This document shows, piece after piece, positions 19,301 through 27,606 of a stretch of DNA of 32,175 bases. Under the pieces are notes generated by a model that searched no databases, had not been told where the DNA came from, and was given only the letters and a program-made list of their open reading frames with translations. This DNA comes from Chloroflexota bacterium. Its GTDB lineage: Bacteria; Chloroflexota; Anaerolineae; JACRMK01. Position 1 is the stretch's first letter; every line of letters starts with the position of its first letter. The stretch spans positions 1 to 32,175 of the forward strand of contig JACQEC010000097.1 in NCBI GenBank assembly GCA_016200765.1, given 5' to 3'. The position numbers and the translations under genes are program-made.

Positions 19301-20328
19301 GCCGCCGGCCAGCCAATGTCGCCCGCATGCGCGAGCTCCTCGCGATACATCTCGGCGAACAGGTCGAACGCCACCAGTCCGAAGTGCATCGTCCCGCACG
19401 CGGGGTCCAACAGGGTGATTTCCTTTACAGCACGTAGCGGCTCACGGGGCATCTCACCGCCGGCTGGCACGAGGTACCGCAAGGCTGCGCCCAGGTGCGA
19501 GTCCGGGTGCATCTGCACCCACAGCCGTCCGAGCGTGTTCTCGACAATGAACCGCACGATCCAGCGTGGCGTAAACAATTGCGTCGCCGCCGGTATGTCC
19601 TCGCGTCGTATTTTCTTCTTCTGCCTGAAGAGCCGTTCGAAAACCTCTCGCTTTTCCTCTTCGCTAAAGAACTGGTACACCCACCCGATCGTCTCGTCCG
19701 CAGGCCACGCTGGAGCCAACCCGGCGGCATTTAGCAGTTCGAGCACGCCGCGCAGAGCAACCGGCCGCGGGAAGAGCCGCGAGGGCAAATCGTCGGGGTC
19801 GAACAGCACGTTCAGCTGTTGCGAAATCTGCCCGGCCTGCCAGAGCAGAAAGTGACGGTAGGCTGTGTCGGTCTGGCCGGCCTGCGCCAGCGCGTAGTCG
19901 GCGGCGTGCTCGGCGAGGTAGAACTTGAAGCCGTTGGAGTCGGCGCCGCGCCCGACTGCTTCGCGGACGAGATGGCGCGCCTCCATCATCTTGAAGGCGA
20001 CCAGCCGGTTCAAGTGCGTGAAAGCAATCTCCTTGACCAGCTTATCAACCGCCTCTCGCTTGTCAAGCCCGGCGATGACCTCGTCCGTCAGGAACTGCTT
20101 CAGGCGGTCGTAGGTCGCGCGTGTTTCCGGGTCCGCCAGCGCGGGCAGGTTGTTGGGCGGCTCGAGCGCGCCGTCCGGGTGCAGGCCGTACACGCCGACC
20201 AGCAGGTCGCGCGCCTCACACGCCAGCCGCTCGCGCGCGGCCAACGCAAAGTTGTGGATCGCGCCGCGCACCTCGTCGCCAAGGTATTGGTCCTGAAACA
20301 TGTGGGGGGCGATGGTCTGGTTCGTCAT
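16351..20328 (-). CDS. pglX: PglX-like adenine-specific DNA methyltransferase #1, full length
   Basis: PAATQLFTPRWIV, motif I LDPACGTMHFG, LFGIDID, motif IV VANPPY, DLYAAFI, TRD (QGLATADNFRFLRFWWE...WFPYMKGG...YFREGVTY), WYRKRPVYW and DDGVIVRLAPL. Confidence 0.92.
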   Translation of the reverse strand: MTNQTIAPHMFQDQYLGDEVRGAIHNFALAARERLACEARDLLVGVYGLHPDGALEPPNNLPALADPETRATYDRLKQFLTDEVIAGLDKREAVDKLVKEIAFTHLNRLVAFKMMEARHLVREAVGRGADSNGFKFYLAEHAADYALAQAGQTDTAYRHFLLWQAGQISQQLNVLFDPDDLPSRLFPRPVALRGVLELLNAAGLAPAWPADETIGWVYQFFSEEEKREVFERLFRQKKKIRREDIPAATQLFTPRWIVRFIVENTLGRLWVQMHPDSHLGAALRYLVPAGGEMPREPLRAVKEITLLDPACGTMHFGLVAFDLFAEMYREELAHAGDIGWPAAPSVLSEAEIPAAIIKHNLFGIDIDLRAVQLSALTLYLKAKSLNKAAEISDHNLACADVLTLNGTRLNAFIREMKFSRPIYERLLRALWARLEDSAQLGSLLRLESEIGALIADEEKRFEQEGRQLDLFGRAAALFEREAAQAGYWDLLAAQLVQALDAFARSHAVQGSDERYFVREAAKGLRVLNLMLRRYDCVVANPPYMSRRNMNETLADFVADAYPEAKGDLYAAFIQRCGEFAGERGRVGMITQQSFMFISSYEGLRKGLLQEFAIESMAHVGPRAFAEISGEKVNTTIFAMRREPDTSRRQASIGTYFRLVHEPDSDAKRTVFEQAVAALQAGATHRLIYRVAQSAFDAIPGSPWVYWVSDSIRALFKELPGLATVAPPRQGLATADNFRFLRFWWEVGRKMIAFGCKTTSEASNRGMRWFPYMKGGAFKRWFGNQDYVINYRRDGRELKAWAAPLYGNSGWSRIIKSVDFYFREGVTYSYLTSGTSTSRISPGGFIFDVAGSTLFPRDLALVLGVMNSSFAAYALKLINPTVNFQVGDIARVPIPAVSDRRLSGLVGLATSLAKVTSTTSELTYDFVVPLSWQTGLERVQAMRLQSKDIEAQIDEDVYQLYKIANQERIAIEAELNGAANATADETLADMDEAGGNDDDIAESLTREDLAVRWISYAVGVVLGRFRPGVAGDLGSAIYRREDFAIGSLPMPAEGEFDELVGSKDQFAYVDAQDGRHLFAANVEKALQQLAVPDGITVLDEHHPRDLTTLAGKALDLMLGADAAQEVIRLGANGDLRHFLARDFFTRWHIPWYRKRPVYWPIQSNGRRYGFVLFHERITKDTFYALQREPYLDTKRRAVELALADAEVARAAAGKQRRDIERQMGALRELAAELAEFAKALEAITSGGYEPAPNWIDDGVIVRLAPLQTVIPLWGSEPKKCWEKLKNGELDWSHIAMHYWPDRVRKACRTNKSFAIAHGLEDVYQGD

Positions 20329-20340
20329 CGGCTGGGCGGT

Positions 20341-20931
20341 TCAATCTACGTAGACTTTGGTGTGATAGCTGCCGCGCCCTTCGTTCTCGGCGATGCCCAT
20401 GAAGCGCAGGCTGGCGCCTTCGGTCGTGGCGGGCAGGAACAGCACACAGGGCACATGCGTGCGGCCTTTCATCTCGTCGAGCAGTTTCGAGACGCGGTAG
20501 ATATTCGGCGCCAGCGCGCCCGCGCGCCAGATAAACGCGAGGTCTTTATGCGGGTTCAGACTGCGCAACTGCTCCGCCAACAGCCCGGGCAGAGGGCGGA
20601 AATCGGGGTCCGACAGGTAGTCGTTGATCTGCTGTTGCGCCGCGTCGAAGCCTGCCTGCGCCTCCAGGCTGATGACGGCATCCAGCCCCTCGGATTCGTC
20701 GATCGCGCGCCACAACAGATCGGCCAGCGAGACGTAGACAATGCACCGGATGTGGTCGTTCTCCAGCCGCGTTTTGAGCAGGGCCACCTCGCCGCGCATC
20801 GCCCACTCTTCCGCCGGGGTGTAGCAGAAGGTGGCGAAGGGCAGGTCGTGGTACATGTAGTGCCCCAGCGGGTCGCGGCGCAAGTCGGCCTCAAGCCGCT
20901 TGATGCGTTCTTTTAACGAGGACATCGGCAT
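20341..20931 (-). CDS. brxB: BREX protein BrxB (DUF1788-like)
   Basis: DLPFATFCYTPAEEW, GALAPNIYRVSKLLD, VLFLPAT and LRFMG. Position immediately after brxA. Start may be 20925. Confidence 0.85.
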   Translation of the reverse strand: MPMSSLKERIKRLEADLRRDPLGHYMYHDLPFATFCYTPAEEWAMRGEVALLKTRLENDHIRCIVYVSLADLLWRAIDESEGLDAVISLEAQAGFDAAQQQINDYLSDPDFRPLPGLLAEQLRSLNPHKDLAFIWRAGALAPNIYRVSKLLDEMKGRTHVPCVLFLPATTEGASLRFMGIAENEGRGSYHTKVYVD

Positions 20932-21694
20932 ACTCCGCTAGGCTTGCGGCCGGAAACTCGAGCCGGATAACCGTACCGGCGGCCTGATACGACAGCAAAT
21001 CTGACTGATGCGCTTCGAGAAAAAACCGCTCGACCGCTTCGACGGGCAGAAAGAAGAGCTTCCATTCGTCGCTGTGCAGCACGCGCTCGCCTGACGACAG
21101 CTGGCGCCGTATGGCGAAGGCGATAAACGCAAAACTCTGGGTGGGCAAGTAGATCGGCGTGATTGATTTGTGCACGGCGCCCTGCAGGATGCCAAAATCG
21201 CGCAGGGTTGCCATAGCCCCTTGTGCAACGCGCCGCGCCGTTTCCTCGCTCCACGGCTCCGTTGTCTTACCTTCGGCGCTCCACTCATGAATGGCGCGCA
21301 CGACCTGCTCGACGCGCATCTCGGTGAAACCGGCCATACAGCGCGGGTAGAGCAAATCCGTGACGATCGCGCGCAGCAGGAGATCATTCTGCACAGAGTA
21401 GAAGTAGAGCAGAGGGTCCAGCCACGGTGGCGGCGCGTGCCCTTGCGACAGCGCAACCAGGGCCTGGCCGACATCCGGATCGTCGAAATAGCGTTGGCGG
21501 AAAATCCGCAGGATATCCCGCACGCGCGAGCGCGAAGTCTTGCCGAAGATATTGGACTGCTCCACGCGCTGTAGGTTGTCCGCAACGCTGGTAGACAGGT
21601 CCCATGCGGCCAGCAGCGTCTTCGTGTCGGCCAAGAGAGCGCTCGCCTTGATCAGCCGGCTGGTAAAACGAGGCTCGTCAGTTATAGATACCAT
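20891..21694 (-). CDS. brxA: BREX protein BrxA (DUF1819-like)
   Basis: FTSRLIKASALLAD, NIFGKTSRSR, WSEETARRVAQGAMATLRDFGIL and WKLFFL. Typical size and position. Confidence 0.88.
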   Translation of the reverse strand: MVSITDEPRFTSRLIKASALLADTKTLLAAWDLSTSVADNLQRVEQSNIFGKTSRSRVRDILRIFRQRYFDDPDVGQALVALSQGHAPPPWLDPLLYFYSVQNDLLLRAIVTDLLYPRCMAGFTEMRVEQVVRAIHEWSAEGKTTEPWSEETARRVAQGAMATLRDFGILQGAVHKSITPIYLPTQSFAFIAFAIRRQLSSGERVLHSDEWKLFFLPVEAVERFFLEAHQSDLLSYQAAGTVIRLEFPAASLAEYADVLVKRTHQAA

Positions 21695-21698
21695 CACA

Positions 21699-22232
21699 TC
21701 AGGATCGAATAAAAGGGAATACGGGCTCGACGGGCTTACCCGAGAGATAGGCCCACGCCAGCGCTTTTGCGATGTCTACGGCAGAGACGGGAAGACCTTG
21801 CGATGGCCATCGGATCGCCACCCTGCGGTTCGAGAGTTGTTCGATGGATGGCCGCCTGGCCGGTCTGTCACCCAGTAGCGATGACAAATGCAGTTGCAAC
21901 ACAGCCATAGACTCGATAGGCTGTGTCGGGATGGGGCAGTCCATTAAAGGCAGACGACTCAATTCGAGATTGGTCTCGCCGTCGGTATCGAGCCTGAACA
22001 GGTGTAAGGCCTCCGGATGGTCGGCAAAAGCCGCCTGATGCCTGGCTGCTGCTGTGGCCAGCCCCAGCTTGCGCGCGATCTCCTCCGGCGCCGATGGGAA
22101 GAGGCGCTCAAGGATGAAGGCTCCAGCGGCTGTCAGCGATTCGTCATCCCACCAGCCCAGACTATCCTTTTGAGCTGCGCGCGCGATCAGTAGCTGAAGT
22201 TGCAATATCAGTACAGCAGATGACCGGATCAT
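21699..22232 (-). CDS. brxE: BrxE-family protein
   Basis: LQLLIARAAQKDSLGWWDDESL...LERLFP...AAAARH...LHLFRL resembles BrxE. First gene of the operon, 177 aa, SD GAAGGTGA. Confidence 0.7.
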   Translation of the reverse strand: MIRSSAVLILQLQLLIARAAQKDSLGWWDDESLTAAGAFILERLFPSAPEEIARKLGLATAAARHQAAFADHPEALHLFRLDTDGETNLELSRLPLMDCPIPTQPIESMAVLQLHLSSLLGDRPARRPSIEQLSNRRVAIRWPSQGLPVSAVDIAKALAWAYLSGKPVEPVFPFIRS

Positions 22233-22547
22233 TCACCTTCTCTATTATGACTGGGACTTAAACCCGCTGGAGGGAGGAGCTCGACCTGGAGTTTGGCGGC
22301 CGTTCATAACGGTTCATCAGTTCAATGTTGAGATCATCGGAGTCCCATATGCCCATTATGAAAAACGACGACGGGATTCATCAAAGGTCGCCCGGTCGAA
22401 GTCTCCCCGACGCATGAGCGGCTCCTAATGAGCGCTAAATTCTCCTTTGCCCCTTGCAGGCTGCGCAAGACCGTGGCATCAACTGGCAATCACCCTGGCC
22501 GCCACCCCGCAAGAGTTGCTGCCAGTGGGACCTTTGCAATTGCCGAA

Positions 22548-22576
22548 ATTATACCGTGACTGAAGAATGGGCGCAA
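22548..22576 (-). promoter_or_regulatory. sigma70-type promoter driving the BREX operon
   Basis: Minus strand TTGCGC-17 nt-TATAAT (-35 at 22571-22576, -10 at 22548-22553), about 315 bp upstream of brxE. Confidence 0.65.
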
Positions 22577-22757
22577 GGCGCTAGGAGTTTAAGTCCGGAG
22601 TATATCTCAACAAACGAATTGACGCGGTGACAGAAAAAGGGCGGTGTGTCCTGCCAAAAGCCAACACGATGTTTGTGGCATAGTGAGCGGATACAAGAAC
22701 TCCAAACCTCGGTCTTTCAGACTCACGAATCGCTCCCGGCTGATGCAGATATCTCGA

Positions 22758-23399
22758 TCATTCTTCGGACCGATCACGGGCAGGAAGCGCTTTACACCAC
22801 CAGCGAGCATTACCCCCAATCTCCACATAACCTCGTTCACTCAAGAACTCGGTATAGCCCTGCTCAATGGTCGGCTCATAGGACGGCGTGTAGAGGGTTC
22901 GCCCCCGGAGATCGCCCTCCACGGCGCGCCAGAGCGCCGCCAGTCGTTCGCGCCAGCGCCCCTCGCGACCCTGTGCCTGCAAATAACACTCCCACAGCAC
23001 CGCGGCGTGCGGCCCCACCCAGGCTTGCGCCTGACCGAGCGGCTGCAGCTGCACCTGCAGGTCGTTCACGCCCAGCATGAGCCTCTGCGGGTTGTGGTGA
23101 TTCCAGACCATCAGTAGGCGCGGACTCGGCCAGGGCCGGAAGAACTTGTACAAGCGGTACTCGCCTAAGGACAGATTGACTTCGGGCGAGAGGCCCGCGA
23201 AGTGGTCGAAGCGGGGGCGCTCGCGCGCCGGTGGGAAGCGCGCCACATAGGTACGCTGGCGCTCATCGTCGAGCGTCTGCACCCACTGCCACTGGTCGGA
23301 GAAGCTCAATAGCACCTCGCCCGCCTGCGGGTAATCCTGGGCCACCACGTCGGCTAGCTTGGGTCTGTTTACAGTGGGTTCTCGCTCGTTTGCTCGCAT
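22758..23399 (-). CDS. Hypothetical protein; C-terminal part weakly GNAT-fold-like
   Basis: ATG at 23399 is 2 bp after the upstream stop. The C-terminus YTEFLSERGYVEIG...WWCKAL resembles the GNAT terminal motif. Confidence 0.55.
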   Translation of the reverse strand: MRANEREPTVNRPKLADVVAQDYPQAGEVLLSFSDQWQWVQTLDDERQRTYVARFPPARERPRFDHFAGLSPEVNLSLGEYRLYKFFRPWPSPRLLMVWNHHNPQRLMLGVNDLQVQLQPLGQAQAWVGPHAAVLWECYLQAQGREGRWRERLAALWRAVEGDLRGRTLYTPSYEPTIEQGYTEFLSERGYVEIGGNARWWCKALPARDRSEE

Positions 23400-23401
23400 A
23401 C

Positions 23402-23749
23402 TCAGGTTGGGCGCTGGCCCGGCAGCCCGATGCGATACGTGCTGAAGTGACCTTCGTCCTTGAACAACACCGTCACAAACTCCCAATGCGGGTCGTAGGC
23501 GCTCACCATGCGCCGCGCATCCGGCACCGGCAGCCGCTCCAGCTCCGTCTGCGGCAGGTAGGCCATCGGGTGCCCCGCTCCATCAAAGGTGGCCGTGGTG
23601 TCGACCGTGAGCGCCCCGCGCCCGCACTGGGCATAACCGCGCTGGGCGATTGGCCAAAAGAGGAACAGGTTCTGGCCGATCCAGGCCAGGTCACCAGCGC
23701 GCTCGCGGCGCGCCCATTCGGGGATGACGGCTTGTTCGGGGCTGTGCAT
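23402..23749 (-). CDS. Hypothetical protein
   Basis: 115-aa ORF with protein-like composition, co-oriented with neighbours and preceded by the TGCTATACT promoter motif. Confidence 0.6.
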   Translation of the reverse strand: MHSPEQAVIPEWARRERAGDLAWIGQNLFLFWPIAQRGYAQCGRGALTVDTTATFDGAGHPMAYLPQTELERLPVPDARRMVSAYDPHWEFVTVLFKDEGHFSTYRIGLPGQRPT

Positions 23750-23757
23750 ATCCCGTC

Positions 23758-23770
23758 AGTATAGCAAGCG
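23758..23770 (-). promoter_or_regulatory. Repeated extended -10 motif CGCTTGCTATACT (copy 1)
   Basis: TGn-TATACT ends 8 nt upstream of ATG 23749. Identical copy at 24363-24375. Confidence 0.55.
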
Positions 23771-23804
23771 GACGATCGTGAGGGAAGCCCCCAAAAGCAT
23801 GAGG

Positions 23805-24353
23805 TCAGGGACTGAAGCCTAGTCGGCGTTCCTTCAGGCTGACGAACTGGCCCTTGCCGATCACCAGATGGTCGAGCACGTCAATATCCAGCAGCTTCCC
23901 GGCGGCGATGAGCTGCTCGGTCATGTGCACGTCTTCTGGTGATGGGTTCGGGTCGCCCGAGGGGTGGTTGTGCACCACGATCAGGCTGGCCGCGTTGTCC
24001 ATGACCGCGGGCCGGAAGACCTCGACCATACGCATCGTGATCGTGTTCAGCGAGCCCTGGTAGATCATCGTCGTGGAGAGCACCCGCCCGCGCGTGTTCA
24101 AACTGATCGCGCGTAGCTGCTCGTGCGGGAGATCCTCCATCTCCAAGCGCAAGAAGTTATAGGCGTCGAGCGGGTGGCGGATCAGCGTCGCCTCGGCGAG
24201 CGATTGGCCGGTGCGCGTCTCGTAAATGCGTGAGGCTTCGGCCAGGAAGCGGCGCAACAGGTGCAACATGGCCGCGTCGTCGGGCTTCAAGAAAGTGAGC
24301 TGTTGTTCGGGCACGCGTCGTCCGCCGGTAGGACGCAGTCGTTCGGGTGGCAT
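23805..24353 (-). CDS. radC: RadC-like JAB-domain protein
   Basis: HEQLRAISLNTRGRV, YQGSLN, VHNHPSGDPNPSPED and LDIDVLDHLVIG. Short, mobile-element-type RadC. Confidence 0.9.
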   Translation of the reverse strand: MPPERLRPTGGRRVPEQQLTFLKPDDAAMLHLLRRFLAEASRIYETRTGQSLAEATLIRHPLDAYNFLRLEMEDLPHEQLRAISLNTRGRVLSTTMIYQGSLNTITMRMVEVFRPAVMDNAASLIVVHNHPSGDPNPSPEDVHMTEQLIAAGKLLDIDVLDHLVIGKGQFVSLKERRLGFSP

Positions 24354-24362
24354 CGTCCCCCG

Positions 24363-24375
24363 AGTATAGCAAGCG
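24363..24375 (-). promoter_or_regulatory. Repeated extended -10 motif CGCTTGCTATACT (copy 2)
   Basis: TGn-TATACT ends 9 nt upstream of the radC ATG. Confidence 0.55.
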
Positions 24376-24423
24376 CCCCACTCAAAGGGAATAGGGCAAC
24401 CCCGGCCCGGGCCGCGCGAGGGC

Positions 24424-25911
24424 TCAAGCCTGGAAGATCACACCGCCCTGCCGAGCCATCGCGCCGCCCGGCAGCGGCTCGTAATACGTCGTCGGCGCGG
24501 GCGGCGCCGGGGCGGGCGGCTGCGGGCGCGCCCCGCGTCCTGTGACAGACCATCCAGACGGGCGGCTCAGCGCCGTGCACAACGCCTCCAACGCTTCGTC
24601 GGAGAGGTGGCGCGGCGGCAGCGGGATCGTCTGGAGCCGGATCGCGTGCCGACGACGCGGTGTTTTGACCCAGCCGCTGCGCGGCGGCAGGTTCTGCAAC
24701 CTCTGGATCGCCCGCTCCCACTCCTCCGGCAGCGAGTAGTACACCGGATGCGAGAGGGGTTGATGGGTCTCGCTCTGCACCTCGTGCTTGATTCGCTCAC
24801 CGCCCACACTGAACAGCTGCTTGGCCAAGCGCTCGGCGTCGGGCCGGTCCACCGCGAACACCAGCTGCGTGCCGATGTTGCCCAGCGCGGCGCGCAGGGG
24901 CTCGCTGGCCAATTGCCCCAGCGTCTGATGCGCCAGCGTCAGGTGCAGCCCGAACTTGCGACTCTCGGAGAGGATGCGCGCCAGCGAGGTGGTCGAACCC
25001 TCGTTGGCGCAGAAGTCCTGAAACTCATCCAGATAGAAATAGAACGGGCGGCGGGCCTGGGCCGGGGTGTCCGCGCGCGACAGAGCCGCCTGCTCCAGAA
25101 AGGTAACCATCAGGCTGCCCAACAGGCGGCGCGTCTCGCTGTCACAGCGGCCCAGGTTGATGAGCAAGATGCGGCCGTCATCCATGATGCGCCGGAAATC
25201 CAGCTGGTTCTCGCGCTGACCCAAACTCCGCCGCAGGCTGGGGTTAAGCGCCAGTGCGCTGACCTTGTTGAGCAGGCTTTCGAGGATCAGCGGTTCTTCG
25301 CGCCCCCAGCGATCCAAGCGGTCGTGGAAGACCGAGACCAGTTCGGGGTCGTCCACCTGCGCCAAGAGCGCCTCGCGGAACGGCTTATCCGTCAAGAGGC
25401 GCGGCAGTTCGACCAGCGTCTGGCGATTGGCGATCAGCACCAGGAGCGAGGCCAAGAGGATGTTCGTGAAGCGCGGCGCCTCGCGCAAACTCTCGGGCCA
25501 GGTGCGGCGGAAGGCCTCGATCACGTTGATCGCCGTCGTGTAGGGGGCTTCGCTGCTTGCCAAGACGTTAAAGGGGATCAGGCCGTCGCGGCGTGCGGGG
25601 TCGAGGTAGATCACGCGCCGGCGCTGGGCGGGATCGTTGAAGAATCCCGCCTGCGCCAGTTGGGCCATGAGGTCATGCACCAGATCCGTGTGCGGGTCGA
25701 GCACCCCGCAGCCGCGCCCGGCGGTGATGTCCTGAAAGAGGCCGTGCTGTAAGAACTTCGACTTGCCCTGTCCGGTCAGGCCGATCACGTACAGGTGGGT
25801 GGTGCGCTCAGCAGCGCTCAGGCGCACACGGGCAGAGAAAGGGAAGCGCCCTGAGCGGCCCAAGCACAACTCAGGGGGACGACGGAAGCGGCGGGGCAGC
25901 GATAGGTGCAT
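24424..25911 (-). CDS. VirD4/TraD/TrwB-like coupling-protein ATPase (no TM segment), copy A
   Basis: HLYVIGLTGQGKS (Walker A), VLDPH, FYFYLDEFQDF (Walker B) and SESRKFGLHLTLAHQ. Start set at ATG 25911, 6 nt after a TACAAT -10. Confidence 0.82.
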   Translation of the reverse strand: MHLSLPRRFRRPPELCLGRSGRFPFSARVRLSAAERTTHLYVIGLTGQGKSKFLQHGLFQDITAGRGCGVLDPHTDLVHDLMAQLAQAGFFNDPAQRRRVIYLDPARRDGLIPFNVLASSEAPYTTAINVIEAFRRTWPESLREAPRFTNILLASLLVLIANRQTLVELPRLLTDKPFREALLAQVDDPELVSVFHDRLDRWGREEPLILESLLNKVSALALNPSLRRSLGQRENQLDFRRIMDDGRILLINLGRCDSETRRLLGSLMVTFLEQAALSRADTPAQARRPFYFYLDEFQDFCANEGSTTSLARILSESRKFGLHLTLAHQTLGQLASEPLRAALGNIGTQLVFAVDRPDAERLAKQLFSVGGERIKHEVQSETHQPLSHPVYYSLPEEWERAIQRLQNLPPRSGWVKTPRRRHAIRLQTIPLPPRHLSDEALEALCTALSRPSGWSVTGRGARPQPPAPAPPAPTTYYEPLPGGAMARQGGVIFQA

Positions 25912-26137
25912 GCTTCGATTGTAACGCAAGCCGCGCCCGCCGCAGTTTGCCGCGCGCGCGCCAGATCAAGAGCGCTGCCAGCGCCTCCTGCTCGCTCTGC
26001 GTCAGCGCGCGAAAGACGCGATAACTACGCCGCAGCTGGGGATCGTTGACCAGCGCGTCGCGTAGCAAGCGCCGCGCTAACCGGATGGCGGTCTCGACGC
26101 TGTTGATGGGCATGGCAGTTGGTGGGCCTGTGATCAT
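25871..26137 (-). CDS. Small basic hypothetical protein
   Basis: 88-aa ORF preceded by CTGACA-17-TATAAC with the ATG 7 nt after the -10. Overlaps the downstream ATPase by 41 bp. Confidence 0.5.
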   Translation of the reverse strand: MITGPPTAMPINSVETAIRLARRLLRDALVNDPQLRRSYRVFRALTQSEQEALAALLIWRARGKLRRARLALQSKHAPIAAPPLPSSP

Positions 26138-26144
26138 AGTCTCT

Positions 26145-26173
26145 GTTATACCGCAGTGCGAGTCGAATGTCAG
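26145..26173 (-). promoter_or_regulatory. sigma70-type leaderless promoter
   Basis: CTGACA (26168-26173), 17 nt, TATAAC (26145-26150), 7 nt, ATG 26137. Confidence 0.5.
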
Positions 26174-26176
26174 CCC

Positions 26177-26198
26177 GGGTGCATTTCAGATTGGGGGC
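26177..26198 (+). repeat. IS left inverted repeat
   Basis: GGGTGCATTTCAGATTGGGGGC, exact reverse complement of 27594-27615. Confidence 0.93.
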
Positions 26199-26243
26199 AG
26201 AGCTCGGGCATAATAGGGAGCATCCTACAGACAGGAGTGGCCC

Positions 26244-27606
26244 GTGAAACGTCAACGCGCAGAACGCAAAGCCGAGTTGCTGCAGAGCGCCGAACGACTG
26301 ATTGATGAATTGTTGGATTGGGACGAGCAAACGCCGGCACCGAACTTGACGCAGATCGAAGACGTCGTGTTGCGCTTGCGCAAACGGCTGGGGGAGCAGT
26401 GGGCGCTGGCCGTGCTTGAGCAGCAAGAGGCGCAGCGACCGGCGGCGAGACCGCGCTGTGCGCAGTGCCAGGGCGAGATGCATTACAAGGATAGGAAGGC
26501 CAATACGGTCGAGAGCCGGGTGGGGGCGTTGCGGATGGAACGAGGCTATTACTACTGCCCGACCTGTCGCACAGGTCTTTTCCCCCCTCGACCAACAACT
26601 GCAGCTGTGGGACAAGCCTTGGAGTGAACAGATTGCCAAGCAAGCGCTCTGGTTGAGCGGGCTGGTGGAGTTTGCGCAGGCGGAGCAGATTCTCAACCAG
26701 GTCGGACAAGTCGCGATATCCGACAGCAGCATTTGGCGCTGCACCGACAAGTGGGGCACCCGTTGCCAAGCGCTGGAAGCCGCCCAACGGGCCACGGCGA
26801 CCGCCTTGCCGCCGCGCAGCGAAATTGTGCCCGGCGAAGTCCGCCAGTCCACCGATCGGGGTGTGGCAATGGACGGGGCGATGGTGCATGTGCGGGCAGA
26901 GGGCTGGAAAGAACTGAAAACCGGCTGTGTCTTTGAGATTGAACGGCGCCCAGCGCCCGACCCCGCCAGCGCCGCAACGGTGGAGTTGGCGCATGCGGTG
27001 CAGAACAGTTATGTCGCGCATCTGGGCGGCCCGGAGCTGTTCGCTCAACAACTCTGGGCGGAGGCGCAGCGGCGCGAGTGGACGCGCGCGCACGCCACGA
27101 TTGCGCTCGGCGCTGGGGCCGCCTGGGTCTGGCATGCGGTCGCTGAACACTTCTACGATAGTCGCCAAGCGGTGGATTGGTATCATGCCCTGCAACACTT
27201 GGCAAGCGCGGCCAGTCTCGTCAAAGGCGAAGGCCAAGCCGCAGCGCAAGACTGGCTCAAGCAGCAAGAAAGCGCCTTGTTTCAAGGGCAGGCGGCTGTG
27301 ATCGCGCAGCAGTTGCCAGCGGCGGCGCAGGAACAGCCGTCGCGGGCCGATGAGTTGCAGCGCGAAGCTGGCTACTTTGGCGAGCACCAGCAACGCATGC
27401 AATCCCAGCAGCTACGGGCCGACGGCTTCCCGATTGGCAGCGGCATGGTGGAGAGCGCCTGCAAACAGTTCCGCAAACGCTTCACCGGCTCGGGCATGCG
27501 TTGGAGCCGTGCGGGCCTCGAACGCTTACTGCCGGTGCGCGCGGCCATCATGAGTCACCGCTTCGATGCCCTCTGGAAAGCCGCCTATCGCTCGCCCCCA
27601 ATCTGA
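26244..27606 (+). CDS. ISKra4-family (Mutator-like DDE) transposase, two overlapping ORFs joined by a +1 frameshift
   Basis: ORF1 (GTG 26244, SD AGGAG) has CAQC...[12 protein letters not shown]2 continues PLDQQL...AMDGAM...DWYHA...[12 protein letters not shown]...GMRWS. Junction at TTTTCCCCCC (26578-26587). Confidence 0.85.

Larger units (their letters stand above)
3082..22232 (-). other. BREX-type phage-resistance operon (variant architecture)
   Basis: Ten co-oriented ORFs with gaps or overlaps of about 40 bp or less: brxE, brxA, brxB, pglX1, brxC, HEPN, pglX2-N, pglX2-C, pglZ, brxL. Confidence 0.92.

Noticed and set aside
7715-20328. Phase variation by inversion or recombination between the two pglX copies
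   Set aside because: The copies are co-oriented and strongly diverged. I saw no long shared DNA repeats and no recombinase gene in the window.
22607-22840. 77-aa minus-strand ORF
   Set aside because: Overlaps the preceding gene by more than 80 bp, has no SD or motif, and sits in a probable junction region.
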